Source: an uncultured Spirochaetota bacterium (GTDB lineage: Bacteria; Spirochaetota; UBA4802; UBA5550). Taken from it: a stretch of 64,000 nucleotides of DNA. Below are positions 45,299 to 55,222 of this stretch, in pieces (positions within the stretch are counted from its first letter, which is position 1; each line of letters opens with the position of its first letter). Made by a program: the position numbers and the translations under genes. The stretch is taken from the NCBI GenBank assembly GCA_963827275.1, contig CAWHAA010000005.1, positions 1 to 64,000 of the forward strand, in the 5' to 3' direction. The notes beneath the pieces were generated by a model that did no database searches, was not told the DNA's origin, and saw only the letters and a list, made by a program, of their open reading frames with translations.

Positions 45299-45883
45299 AT
45301 GGGTCTAATTGTTCATTCATTAGAAAACATACCTCAATCTTCAAATAGGGATTATATAATATATTTACTCGATTATGGCTGGAGTGAACCAATTGGAAAA
45401 GCTCTTAATGATAATTTTGATCATATGGCTAATATTGCAGCAAATAATCGAGCTGTAATTATTAAGGGAACTAGATTAGGTGATTTTGCAAACGAAGTTT
45501 TTTCTTGGCATCATATAAATAATATTGATGCCGATGACATTCTTCCTGCATTATTAATTACCAATAAACATCCCGTATATTTTAAAGATTATGAGTTTGG
45601 ATATCGCCAAAAAAAGGGATTATATAGAGACACCAAAGATGATGATTTAAAATTAATTCTAATACCTTTTAAAAAGTTTTGTAAAACAACAACTGAGGTA
45701 ATTTCTTTAATCGAAAAAGTATTTTCTGATATAATTAACAAAAAGGATTTATCAAATTTTTCTGTAGCAAAAGAAATGAAAAAAGGAATATGTTCTGCAA
45801 TTGTAGACGCTATAATACTTGAGCCTAATTTTTCCGGAATTGGTTTTAGTTTTAATAAATTCAGGAGTTATTTAAAAACTTAA
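45299..45883 (+). CDS. hypothetical protein (cassette 8)
   Basis: 194-aa ORF with strong AGGAGG RBS filling the cassette. Confidence 0.8.
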   Translation: MGLIVHSLENIPQSSNRDYIIYLLDYGWSEPIGKALNDNFDHMANIAANNRAVIIKGTRLGDFANEVFSWHHINNIDADDILPALLITNKHPVYFKDYEFGYRQKKGLYRDTKDDDLKLILIPFKKFCKTTTEVISLIEKVFSDIINKKDLSNFSVAKEMKKGICSAIVDAIILEPNFSGIGFSFNKFRSYLKT

Positions 45884-45958
45884 AATTAACTTATTTGTAA
45901 TTACTCAAAAGTACATCCATGTACTTTTGAACTTTTTCGTTTTAATGCCAGAAACGGC

Positions 45959-46206
45959 GCCTAACAAAGCATAACCGCTCCGCTCCTCGCCCACTTCGCG
46001 GGCTGCGGTGCTCGGCCTCGCGCCTGGCCGCCTCCGTCGGTGCCGATTTGGGGATGATCTAAAGCACCGACTCCGGCGGCGCGCTCGGCTCATTTTTCGG
46101 CGCTTCTTAGTTTCAAATAAATTAGTACTTGCAAAATTGCTTACAACAGGATAGATAACTTTTCGCGGCCAGGCCTCAAAACGACGGTTATGCTTGGACG
46201 TTAAGC
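45959..46206 (+). repeat. attC: attC8 (248 bp, with AT-rich internal insert)
   Basis: GCCTAAC-aaagcataaccg...cggttatgcttggac-GTTAAGC. Confidence 0.8.
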
Positions 46207-46374
46207 GACATTGCCATTTTTTTATGTATTTGGAGTTATGAATGATTCCATCAGAAAGACACCCAATTGTTTCATTCTTCCTTGATGCTTATTTCATTGA
46301 AACATTTTTAAATCTTATAAAAAAATTATATCTGCCGAACGAGTATTTTAATATATCTATAAGAATAATATTTA

Positions 46375-46863
46375 ATGATAATATTCATATTTTACCATGC
46401 TTACTATTATAAAAAAACAAAATTCCGCACTATTGGCGAACTTATTACTGGAACCTATATAGATAGTGATGGTAATAAATATTTTCTTAATCCATTTTAT
46501 TTAAATCGTTTTATTTTATGGGTTCCAATGTTTCTCACCTTTGTTGGTTTAAAATCTGTAAATATAATTCAAATAAATGACTTAAAATTAATTTCATCAT
46601 TAATATTTATTGGCATTTTATTATTAACATATTTTTCATACATCATGTTAAATAGAGGATATGTTATCGGTTTAATTTTATTATTAATAATTTATGCTTC
46701 TTTAATTTTTAATGTAATATACAATAAAGGATTTATTATAAAATTATTTGATTGGGAATTAATAATAGAATTCACATTATTATTGTTATTTATAACAATA
46801 ATAATAGCATATTGGATTATAAGAATGAATAAATTTCAAAATATAAATGGCAACGTCGCTTAA
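46375..46863 (+). CDS. multi-pass membrane hypothetical protein (cassette 9); 5' end uncertain
   Basis: Hydrophobic ORF whose stop lies in the attC R'' box. Confidence 0.65.
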   Translation: MIIFIFYHAYYYKKTKFRTIGELITGTYIDSDGNKYFLNPFYLNRFILWVPMFLTFVGLKSVNIIQINDLKLISSLIFIGILLLTYFSYIMLNRGYVIGLILLLIIYASLIFNVIYNKGFIIKLFDWELIIEFTLLLLFITIIIAYWIIRMNKFQNINGNVA

Positions 46864-47029
46864 CACGGCGTTCACGCTCCGCTCCTCGGGGCTTCGCCCC
46901 TGCGGTGCTCGGCTTCGCGCCTCGCCCGCCGGTTTCGGCGGTTTTCGGAGGAGTGTTCTGAGCCGTTTCACCGGCGGGGGCGCTCAGCAACCTGGCTTCG
47001 CCAGGTTCGTAAACGCCGGAACGTTAAAC
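46858..47029 (+). repeat. attC: attC9 (172 bp)
   Basis: GCTTAAC-acggcgttcacg...cgtaaacgccggaac-GTTAAAC. Confidence 0.85.
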
Positions 47030-47495
47030 GCCATTTCGAGCGGCGGCCGCGGTTTTTTTGTTATAAATAAAAGAAAAAAGAGGGTTGGCTTTTCTTTCGA
47101 TCATATAATAATTAAGGCAATAGTCTTTTCGTTCGGTTGCAGCTTAACATTACGCGGCCGCCTCTGGGCTCGCAGGTCTCTCAGTATCGTTTTTTTGGGT
47201 CTTTCTGTTGATTCATAGATATGGGATAACCGACTGACGATATTGGTATGCAACTACTGTCGGTTGCAATACATCGCATAAAGCTTTAACTGGCAGGTCC
47301 TGCGATCCCAGTCGAAACGGCGCTTAACAAAGCATGGGGCGCTGCGCGCGGCCACGAAAATTTAGACGCTGTGGCCGCGCTTGGCCTCGCGCCTTTCCGC
47401 CAGCGGCGGTACTGATTGGCGGATGTTCTAACGCACCGCCACTGGCGGGGCGCTCGGCACACCGCCCTGCGGGCGGCGTCGCCCATGCTTGGACG
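47024..47495 (+). ncRNA. gene-less structured cassette, allele A (cassette 10), includes attC10 47322-47501
   Basis: Repeat of cassette 1. Confidence 0.5.
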
Positions 47496-47547
47496 TTAGG
47501 CGAAAAAACGCCAAAATATAAGTCGAGGTAAAAAGGAAATTTATATT

Positions 47548-49989
47548 ATGGAAATTTATGCTATACTATTAAAATTATTTGATTTTCTTAATAAAATGTC
47601 TAATATTTCCTTTACAACATTTATCGCATTCATAGGAGCTATTACTGGTTCATTAACTTTTTATTATACTTTTTTAAAAAGATTTAATCCAAAATGTATA
47701 ATTAGTGGTGATATTATTTTTCATTGCAACAAAGGTTCTTTAAAAAATAATGATGCCTATTTAAAAGAAATAGAGTTAAATATTACATTCAGCAATGAAT
47801 CTAATAAGTATGGGTTGATTGAAGACCTACTAGTTCGTATATATTCAACGGATGGGATCACAAGAGAAACTGATCCTACCCCACAATTCGACCAGTTTCA
47901 AGTTTAGTTTTCTCGATCACTAACATATCATTATATTGTTTTGGCGTCATCCCTTTTAATCTCTTTTGAGGTCTTTCCTCGTTATATTCTCTCCACCATT
48001 CATGAATAATCTCTCTGGCTGTACTCAGTTTTTTAAAATAATGAGCACTGAGACATTCATTCCGAAATGTTCCATTAAAACTTTCTATGTGGCAATTATC
48101 TGATGGCTTGCCGGGCCTTGTGAAAATTATTTTAATCCCCTTTTCATAGCACCAACGGTCGAGTTCCTGGCTTCTAAATTCAGGACCATTGTCACATTGT
48201 ATAAATTCTGGATACCCAAAGGATTCACATGCTCTTTCAAGTAGTTCAGAAACATCCTTACCCGTTATTGAAAATCCAGTATGAATAAGTGGCGAATGAT
48301 TCGTTACAGGGTCAATCGCTGTCAGTATTTTGAGATTCTTTTTAAAGCCCACCGAGTCATGAATGAAATCTAAAGCCCATATGACGCCAGGTTCATTCGG
48401 CAATTCAACGGGTGATCGTTCTAATGAAGCTATCTTTTTCCGACGTTTCCGCGCTCGTAATTGCAGCCCATGCTCTTTATATATCCTTTCTGTACGCTTA
48501 TGATTAATCAGTATCCCTTTTTGCCTCAGCTTGAGCTGTATCATTCCGCAGCCATATTTTGAATTTTTTGAAAGGATCGAATCTATCTCTCCAATGATTC
48601 GTGCGTCATCATTTGGCTGCGGACTATATAAAAATGTAGAACGAGCCATGCAAGAAACCTTGCATGATCGTCGTATCGAAAACCCGAAGCTACTCATCAG
48701 ATAGCTTACTGCCTCTCTCTTCACTCCGGGTCGCAGAACTTTTTTATGATCTCCTTCTGTGCCATGTTATCCAGGGATAAATCGGCAACCAGTTTCTTTA
48801 ATCGTGTATTTTCATCTTCAAGTAGTCGCAATCGAACAATTTCCTGAGAGCTCATATCTCCATATTTGCGCTTCCAGATATAAAAGGAGTTCTCACTAAT
48901 GCCGTGTTCTCGGGCGATATCCTTTACCTTTTTTCCCGCCTTATGCTCACCAAGGATCCTGACAATCTGCTCTTCTGAGAATCGTTTTTTCATTTTAACC
49001 TCATTAGTCTTGATTATTTATCGGTTAAAACTAAACTATCTCGTGGTACAAATTTAAGGGGTGGGATCAAAACCACTCCTTATTTTATAAGTCTTTTCAA
49101 GGATCATGATAATCCTGATAAATTGCCATTTTACCCTATCGTATTAATCCCTAAAAGTTTTCGTTCATCTACATTTATCTTTATCGATCGAATTGCCGCA
49201 TCAGAAAAAATAATAAATATTGATCGTGATTATAATCTTCAATTATTCATTAAATATAAAAAAGAAAATAATTGGGTTTTAATTGATGATATAACTCTAT
49301 ATTGTAAATTAAAAGATAATACCAATCAATTATTTGATTTAATATTTATGTCTATAAATCAACAGATTATTCGCGATAAGGCTAAAGACTATATTGGGAA
49401 AATTCCAAAACCTTTTTACAGAGGAATAATACATCAATGGTTTAAAATTATATTTGAGGAAGTTAAGTTTTTCATTATAAGGACAATTTATAAATTGTTG
49501 CATTTCATACAATGTATTTACCATCTTATTCTCTCTGGAATTAATTGGCTTGTATCTTTTATTGTAATAAATAACCTATTAATATTTTTATCTTCAAAGA
49601 CTAAGGAAATTAAAACAAGTAGCCAAATTGGTCCCGATGAGCAAACACTGGATTATATAAAAAAACTACACAAAGTAATTTTAAAATTAGTTACTAAAAT
49701 TAATAATAGATCAGAAAGCAAAATTGATATTCAATACAAAGGCAAAGATATTTTATTAAGTCGCAATAATTTTGAAATTATTATTTATGCACCTGGCGTT
49801 AACCATATAATGGCACATGATAAAGAAAGTCATGAATATAAGCTTTTTCTTGAATTTGCGATGGTTGTAAATAGGATTAATCATAAATATTGGACATATG
49901 ATGATAAATTTATATCGATTACGAGAATAGCATTAAAAATTATTGATAGTTTTAGCTTAATGACTCAATATAAAATAATTCCTGAATAA
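47548..49989 (+). pseudogene. 412-aa hypothetical cassette-11 gene split by an IS3-family element
   Basis: Removing IS 47871-49069 and one AAAC fuses 47548-47870 in frame with 49074-49989. Confidence 0.85.
47871..49069 (-). mobile_element. IS3-family (IS407-group-like) element, 1199 bp, 4-bp target duplication AAAC; orfA 48721-48993, orfB 47876-48724
   Basis: IRs TGATCC(T/C)ACCCC; orfA MKKRFSEEQI; orfB DDE (WALDF, CDNGPEF, ESFNG); A6G slippery site at 48739-48745. Confidence 0.95.
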
Positions 49990-50002
49990 TTGACGTTTCT
50001 TC

Positions 50003-50125
50003 GCCTAACAAAGCATAACCGCTGCGCGCGGCCACAAGAAATGAAGCTGTGGCCGTGCTCGGCCTGCGGCACACCGCGCCAAGGGAGGAAGCTGGCGCGG
50101 CGTCGGTTATGCTTGGACGTTAAGC
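50003..50125 (+). repeat. attC: attC11 (123 bp)
   Basis: GCCTAAC...GTTAAGC. Confidence 0.87.
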
Positions 50126-50189
50126 GCCATGGAAAAAGAGCTTTTTGCCCGCCATCCGTGGCGGGCTTTTTAAGAAATATATTTTTTTC

Positions 50190-50218
50190 TTGACATGTAG
50201 TCATTATATGACTACTTT
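50190..50218 (+). promoter_or_regulatory. TA cassette promoter with palindromic operator
   Basis: TTGACA-17-TACTTT; GTAGTCAT-tat-ATGACTAC. Confidence 0.8.
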
Positions 50219-50223
50219 GATTT

Positions 50224-50487
50224 ATGTTCTCAGTTAAAATATCAAAAAAGGCTATTAAGGGCATTCATAAAATGCCCATTAAAATTCAAGAAAGAATGAA
50301 TGTCCTTCTTAAAGATCTACGTGCAAAAGGACCCATGCGATATGAATGGCCAAATTTTAGTAAATTAGATGAAAATCTGTATCATTGTCATTTAGCTCAC
50401 AAATGGATCGCATGCTGGAAATATGAAAAACATACAATCATTATAGAGGTTTATTATGCAGGCTCACGTGAAAACGCCCCATATTAA
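50224..50487 (+). CDS. RelE/ParE-superfamily toxin (toxin-first TA, cassette 12)
   Basis: 87 aa, V.ISKKA.K.I.KMP..., YHCHL, EVYYAGSRENAPY; upstream of HTH gene. Confidence 0.7.
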   Translation: MFSVKISKKAIKGIHKMPIKIQERMNVLLKDLRAKGPMRYEWPNFSKLDENLYHCHLAHKWIACWKYEKHTIIIEVYYAGSRENAPY

Positions 50488-50824
50488 AATTAATATTAAA
50501 GGTGAAATTCATCCCAAAGTTCTTTCTGTTTTAAAAGAAGTCTATGGGAAAAAAGTTAAACTTATCAAGGAAAATGATGAAGAATTAGTTGATGCCTTTG
50601 AAACTGAATGGTTTAAAAATATTGATGCCACCATGTCTCCCGGCAAAAACATGAGGATATATCGAGAAATTCATAAAATGACCCAAGAAGAACTAGGTAA
50701 CAAATTAGGTGGCATTTCTAAACAAAATATTTCTCATATGGAACGAGGTATTAGACCTATTAGTAAAAAAACTGCTAAATCATTGGCTTCAATTTTTAAA
50801 GTTCCGGCAGACCGTTTTATTTGA
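50456..50824 (+). CDS. XRE-family HTH antitoxin (HigA-like)
   Basis: PG.NMRIYRE...MTQEELG.KLG.ISKQNISHMERG.RPIS. Confidence 0.85.
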   Translation: MQAHVKTPHIKINIKGEIHPKVLSVLKEVYGKKVKLIKENDEELVDAFETEWFKNIDATMSPGKNMRIYREIHKMTQEELGNKLGGISKQNISHMERGIRPISKKTAKSLASIFKVPADRFI

Positions 50825-50900
50825 CTATTTTTAAGATATTGCCCTGCCCTCGCCCGTCCTGGACTCGGGCAGTAAATACTTATACTATTTTTTCCACGGC

Positions 50901-51079
50901 GCTTAACACGGCGTTCACGCTCCGCTCCTCGGCGGCTTATTGGCGCCTGCGGTGCTCGGCTTCGCGCCTTGCCCGCCGGTTTCGGCGGTTTTCAGAGGAG
51001 TGTTTTGAGCCGCCTCACCGGCGGGCGCGCTCAGCAACCTGGCCTGCGGCCAGGTTCGTAAACGCCGGAGACGTTAAAC
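50901..51079 (+). repeat. attC: attC12 (179 bp, attC9 family)
   Basis: GCTTAAC...GTTAAAC. Confidence 0.85.
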
Positions 51080-52482
51080 GCCATTTCGAGCGGCGGCCGC
51101 GGTTTTTTTGTTATGAATAAAAGAAAATAAATAAGGTTGGCTTTTCTTTCGATCATATAATAATTAAGGTGTAATAGACTCGATTTAATCTGACACTCTT
51201 CCGATAAATGGAGCAGAAAATGCTCTGAATAATTATACGGAGGAGTACATGACAACAGAACAGAAAGTCATCAGGAACAAAATGGGGTTATTAAACCTCG
51301 CAGAGCAGATTGGGAATGTCAAAAAAGCATGTCACATTATGGGATATTCCCGAGACAGTTACTACCGGCTAAAGGAACTTTATGATACTGGTGGTGAAGA
51401 AGCGTTAAAAGAAATCAGCAGAAAAAAAGCTAATATAAAGAATCGTGTTGATCCAAGTGTTGAAACTGCAGTTAACAGCATTGCAATTGAGTATCCCGCA
51501 TTTGGACAGGTTCGGGCTTCTAATGAACTGAGAAAACAGGGGATATTTGTCTCACCTACCGGAGTAAGAAGCATATGGCTCCGTAATGATCTTGAAACCA
51601 TGAAGAAGCGGCTCAAGGCACTTGAGGCCAAGGTCGCTCAAGATGGAATCATTCTCACGGAATCACAGCTTGCCGCATTAGAGAAAGCCAAAGAGGAAAA
51701 GGAAGCTCATGGTGAGATTGTATCTGAACATCCTGGTTATCTGGGTTCGCAGGACACAATGTATGTAGGAACGGTCAAAGGTGTTGGCCGGATATACCAG
51801 CAGACTTTTATAGACACGTATTGTAAGGTGGCTTTTGCAAAGTTATACAATATGAAAACACCAATTACCTCTGCCGACATATTGAACGACAGGGTTATAC
51901 CGTTTTATGAAAACAGCAGCATTAAGCTGATCCGAGTATTGACGGATCGTGGTACCGAATATTGCGGGAAAATGGAAAGTCATGACTATGAACTGTTTCT
52001 TTCGATTGAGGATATTGAGCACACAAAGACAAAGACGCGGCATCCTCAAACAAATGGAATATGCGAAAGATTTCATCGAACCATTCAAGATGAATTTTAT
52101 CGCATAGCATTTAGAAAGAAAATTTACAACACTCTTGATGAACTTCAGAAGGATCTTGACATATGGATTGTTCAATATAATAATGAGAGACCGCATAGTG
52201 GAAAATATTGTTATGGCAAAACACCGATAGATACGTTCAAGGATTCGTTAGTGCTTGCAAAAGAAAAACTGCTAAACTTTAACTGACAGGCAGTTTGGAA
52301 GTGATTGGTGAGTGTCAGATGAAGTTCAGAGTTTTACAATTAAGGCAATAATCTTTTCGTTCGGTTGCAGCTTAACATTACGCGGCCGCCTCTGGGCTCG
52401 CAGGTCTCTCAGTATCGTTTTATTGGGTCTTTCTGTTGATTCATAGATATGGGATAACCGACTGACGATATTGGTATGCAAC
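51074..52482 (+). ncRNA. sixth copy of gene-less cassette, interrupted by IS481 and truncated by IS3
   Basis: 51074-51169 and 52339-52482 match the cassette. Confidence 0.5.
51170..52338 (+). mobile_element. IS481-family element, 1169 bp, 7-bp target duplication ATTAAGG; transposase 51249-52286
   Basis: TGT...ACA ends with ATCTGACACT inner IR; HPGYLGSQDT, LTDRGTEYCG, TNGICERFH. Confidence 0.93.
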
Positions 52483-53681
52483 TGATCCTACCCCACAATT
52501 CGACCAGTTTCAAGTTTAGTTTTCTCGATCACTAACATATCATTATATTGTTTTGGCGTCATCCCTTTTAATCTCTTTTGAGGTCTTTCCTCGTTATATT
52601 CTCTCCACCATTCATGAATAATCTCTCTGGCTGTACTCAGTTTTTTAAAATAATGAGCACTGAGACATTCATTCCGAAATGTTCCATTAAAACTTTCTAT
52701 GTGGCAATTATCTGATGGCTTGCCGGGCCTTGTGAAAATTATTTTAATCCCCTTTTCATAGCACCAACGGTCGAGTTCCTGGCTTCTAAATTCAGGACCA
52801 TTGTCACATTGTATAAATTCTGGATACCCAAAGGATTCACATGCTCTTTCAAGTAGTTCAGAAACATCCTTACCCGTTATTGAAAATCCAGTATGAATAA
52901 GTGGCGAATGATTCGTTACAGGGTCAATCGCTGTCAGTATTTTGAGATTCTTTTTAAAGCCCACCGAGTCATGAATGAAATCTAAAGCCCATATGACGCC
53001 AGGTTCATTCGGCAATTCAACGGGTGATCGTTCTAATGAAGCTATCTTTTTCCGACGTTTCCGCGCTCGTAATTGCAGCCCATGCTCTTTATATATCCTT
53101 TCTGTACGCTTATGATTAATCAGTATCCCTTTTTGCCTCAGCTTGAGCTGTATCATTCCGCAGCCATATTTTGAATTTTTTGAAAGGATCGAATCTATCT
53201 CTCCAATGATTCGTGCGTCATCATTTGGCTGCGGACTATATAAAAATGTAGAACGAGCCATGCAAGAAACCTTGCATGATCGTCGTATCGAAAACCCGAA
53301 GCTACTCATCAGATAGCTTACTGCCTCTCTCTTCACTCCGGGTCGCAGAACTTTTTTATGATCTCCTTCTGTGCCATGTTATCCAGGGATAAATCGGCAA
53401 CCAGTTTCTTTAATCGTGTATTTTCATCTTCAAGTAGTCGCAATCGAACAATTTCCTGAGAGCTCATATCTCCATATTTGCGCTTCCAGATATAAAAGGA
53501 GTTCTCACTAATGCCGTGTTCTCGGGCGATATCCTTTACCTTTTTTCCCGCCTTATGCTCACCAAGGATCCTGACAATCTGCTCTTCTGAGAATCGTTTT
53601 TTCATTTTAACCTCATTAGTCTTGATTATTTATCGGTTAAAACTAAACTATCTCGTGGTACAAATTTAAGGGGTGGGATCA
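52483..53681 (-). mobile_element. second copy of the IS3-family element (orfA 53333-53605, orfB 52488-53336); flanks do not match
   Basis: Same proteins and IRs as 47871-49069; left flank CAAC, right flank AAAC. Confidence 0.95.
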
Positions 53682-53689
53682 AAACCCAT

Positions 53690-54142
53690 ATGAAAATACT
53701 TATAAAACTCCTGCCATTTATATTAGGTGGTGCCTTAGTTATTCAATCTTCACTAAATAAATCAATTGCCCAATCAAAAGGCTTAAGCACAGCATTAGTC
53801 ATAAATGGATTAATTGTTGTATTCTGTTCATTAATAATATTTATTTTATCATATTTTTTCCCACATCACTTCTCGGAAATTATTACTTATAACAACAATA
53901 ATTTGATATTTAAATGGTGGTATATAATTCCTGGTTTTTTAGGATTTTGTGCATTATTAATTCTTCCAATTGGAATTATGAAAATTGGTGCCTTACCAAT
54001 TTTTCTTGGAGTAATTGCTGGGCAAATAATCGTAAGTATTATATATGATTTTTATTTTGAAAATATTTCAATTAATTTAATTCGTGTATCAGGAGCCTTA
54101 TTAACTTTTATTGGAGCCTTTTTGGTAGTTTGGAAAAGATGA
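53690..54142 (+). CDS. DMT-superfamily (YdcZ-like) transporter (cassette 14)
   Basis: G...Q...N, WW..PG.LG, IG......GQ...S..YD pattern. Confidence 0.8.
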   Translation: MKILIKLLPFILGGALVIQSSLNKSIAQSKGLSTALVINGLIVVFCSLIIFILSYFFPHHFSEIITYNNNNLIFKWWYIIPGFLGFCALLILPIGIMKIGALPIFLGVIAGQIIVSIIYDFYFENISINLIRVSGALLTFIGAFLVVWKR

Positions 54143-54317
54143 ATAATTATTCAAATCACAAGTAATAACCAACAAATAACTAATAACTTGACAAAATATG
54201 TATTTATTATTATAGAATATATAAATTACATGCAAAATATTATTTTTTTTTACCTTAATGTTGCTTTTCGCCATCCATGGCTCAAAGCAAATATGCCTTA
54301 ATGTGTATGGCCACTTC

Positions 54318-54455
54318 ACCTAACAAAGCATAGCCGCTGCGCGCGGGAATACCGCGCTTGGCCTCCGCGCCAAGATATGAAGACGGCGCTACGGCACATT
54401 TTCACCTCCGCGAGTACGCTCCGGTGAAAACGTCGGCTATGCTTGGACGTTATAC
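54318..54455 (+). repeat. attC: attC13 (138 bp)
   Basis: ACCTAAC-aaagcatagccg...cggctatgcttggac-GTTATAC. Confidence 0.87.
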
Positions 54456-54515
54456 GCCATGGCAAACTTTTCGCCTGCCATCCATGGCGGGCGTGGTATT
54501 TCATAATAAAATATG

Positions 54516-54544
54516 TTGACAAGTAACCCTTATTTGGTTACATT
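54516..54544 (+). promoter_or_regulatory. second TA cassette promoter with a different palindromic operator
   Basis: TTGACA-17-TACATT; GTAACC-n7-GGTTAC. Confidence 0.8.
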
Positions 54545-54549
54545 GCATT

Positions 54550-54813
54550 ATGTATAAAGTAGTAATTACAAAAAGCACCCTCAAAGGCATTGAAAAAATG
54601 CCTAAATTTTCACAATTAGCAATGGGGAACTTAGTTGATGATCTTAAGGAGTGTGGCCCTATTCAAAAACACTGGGCTAATTTTAGTAAAATTGGAAAGA
54701 ATAAATTCCATTGCCATTTATCATATAAATGGGTTGCATGCTGGGAATTTTATGAAAATAATATATTAATTGAGGTTTATTATGCAGGTTCACGTGAAAA
54801 CGCCCCGTATTAA
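54550..54813 (+). CDS. RelE/ParE-superfamily toxin, paralogue of 50224-50487
   Basis: Same length; shared NFSK, HCHL, KW.ACW, IEVYYAGSRENAPY. Confidence 0.7.
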   Translation: MYKVVITKSTLKGIEKMPKFSQLAMGNLVDDLKECGPIQKHWANFSKIGKNKFHCHLSYKWVACWEFYENNILIEVYYAGSRENAPY

Positions 54814-55147
54814 AATTGATATTAAAGGCGAAATTTCTAAAAAACACCTTTCTTTGCTGAAAAAAGAATATGGTGAAAATCTTCATTTAATTAATAAAGA
54901 TGATAAGTCTATTGATGTCTTTAAAACTGAATGGTACAAAAATATTAAATCTCAAATGACCCCTGGGACAAATTTAAAAGTTTATAGAATAAATAAAGGA
55001 TTAACCCAAGCTCAGTTAGGGGAATTACTTGGTGGCATTCCTAAACAGCATATATCAAATATGGAAAACGGGAGAAGGCCCATTAGTTTAAAAATGGCAA
55101 AAATTTTAGCCAGATTCTTTAAGGTATCAGTTGATAAATTTGTTTAA
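54782..55147 (+). CDS. XRE-family HTH antitoxin, paralogue of 50456-50824
   Basis: MQVHVKTP..., LTQAQLGELLGGIPKQHISNMENGRRPIS. Confidence 0.85.
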   Translation: MQVHVKTPRIKIDIKGEISKKHLSLLKKEYGENLHLINKDDKSIDVFKTEWYKNIKSQMTPGTNLKVYRINKGLTQAQLGELLGGIPKQHISNMENGRRPISLKMAKILARFFKVSVDKFV

Positions 55148-55222
55148 TTTTTTATTACCTTTGGCCCGCCTCCGCACGTCCTGTGCTTCGGCGGTAGAGC
55201 TTTTTTACTTCATTGCCACGGC

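Noticed and set aside
40828..47501. CRISPR array interpretation of the long repeats
   Set aside because: Repeats are 170-470 bp with RYYYAAC/GTTRRRY attC ends next to an integrase; no short repeat-spacer periodicity and no cas genes
41091..47531. Repeated 60-120-aa ORFs (MGDAARRAVC..., MGRCARPRKF..., MAFNVQAW...)
   Set aside because: Translations of GC-rich attC palindromes on both strands, not genes
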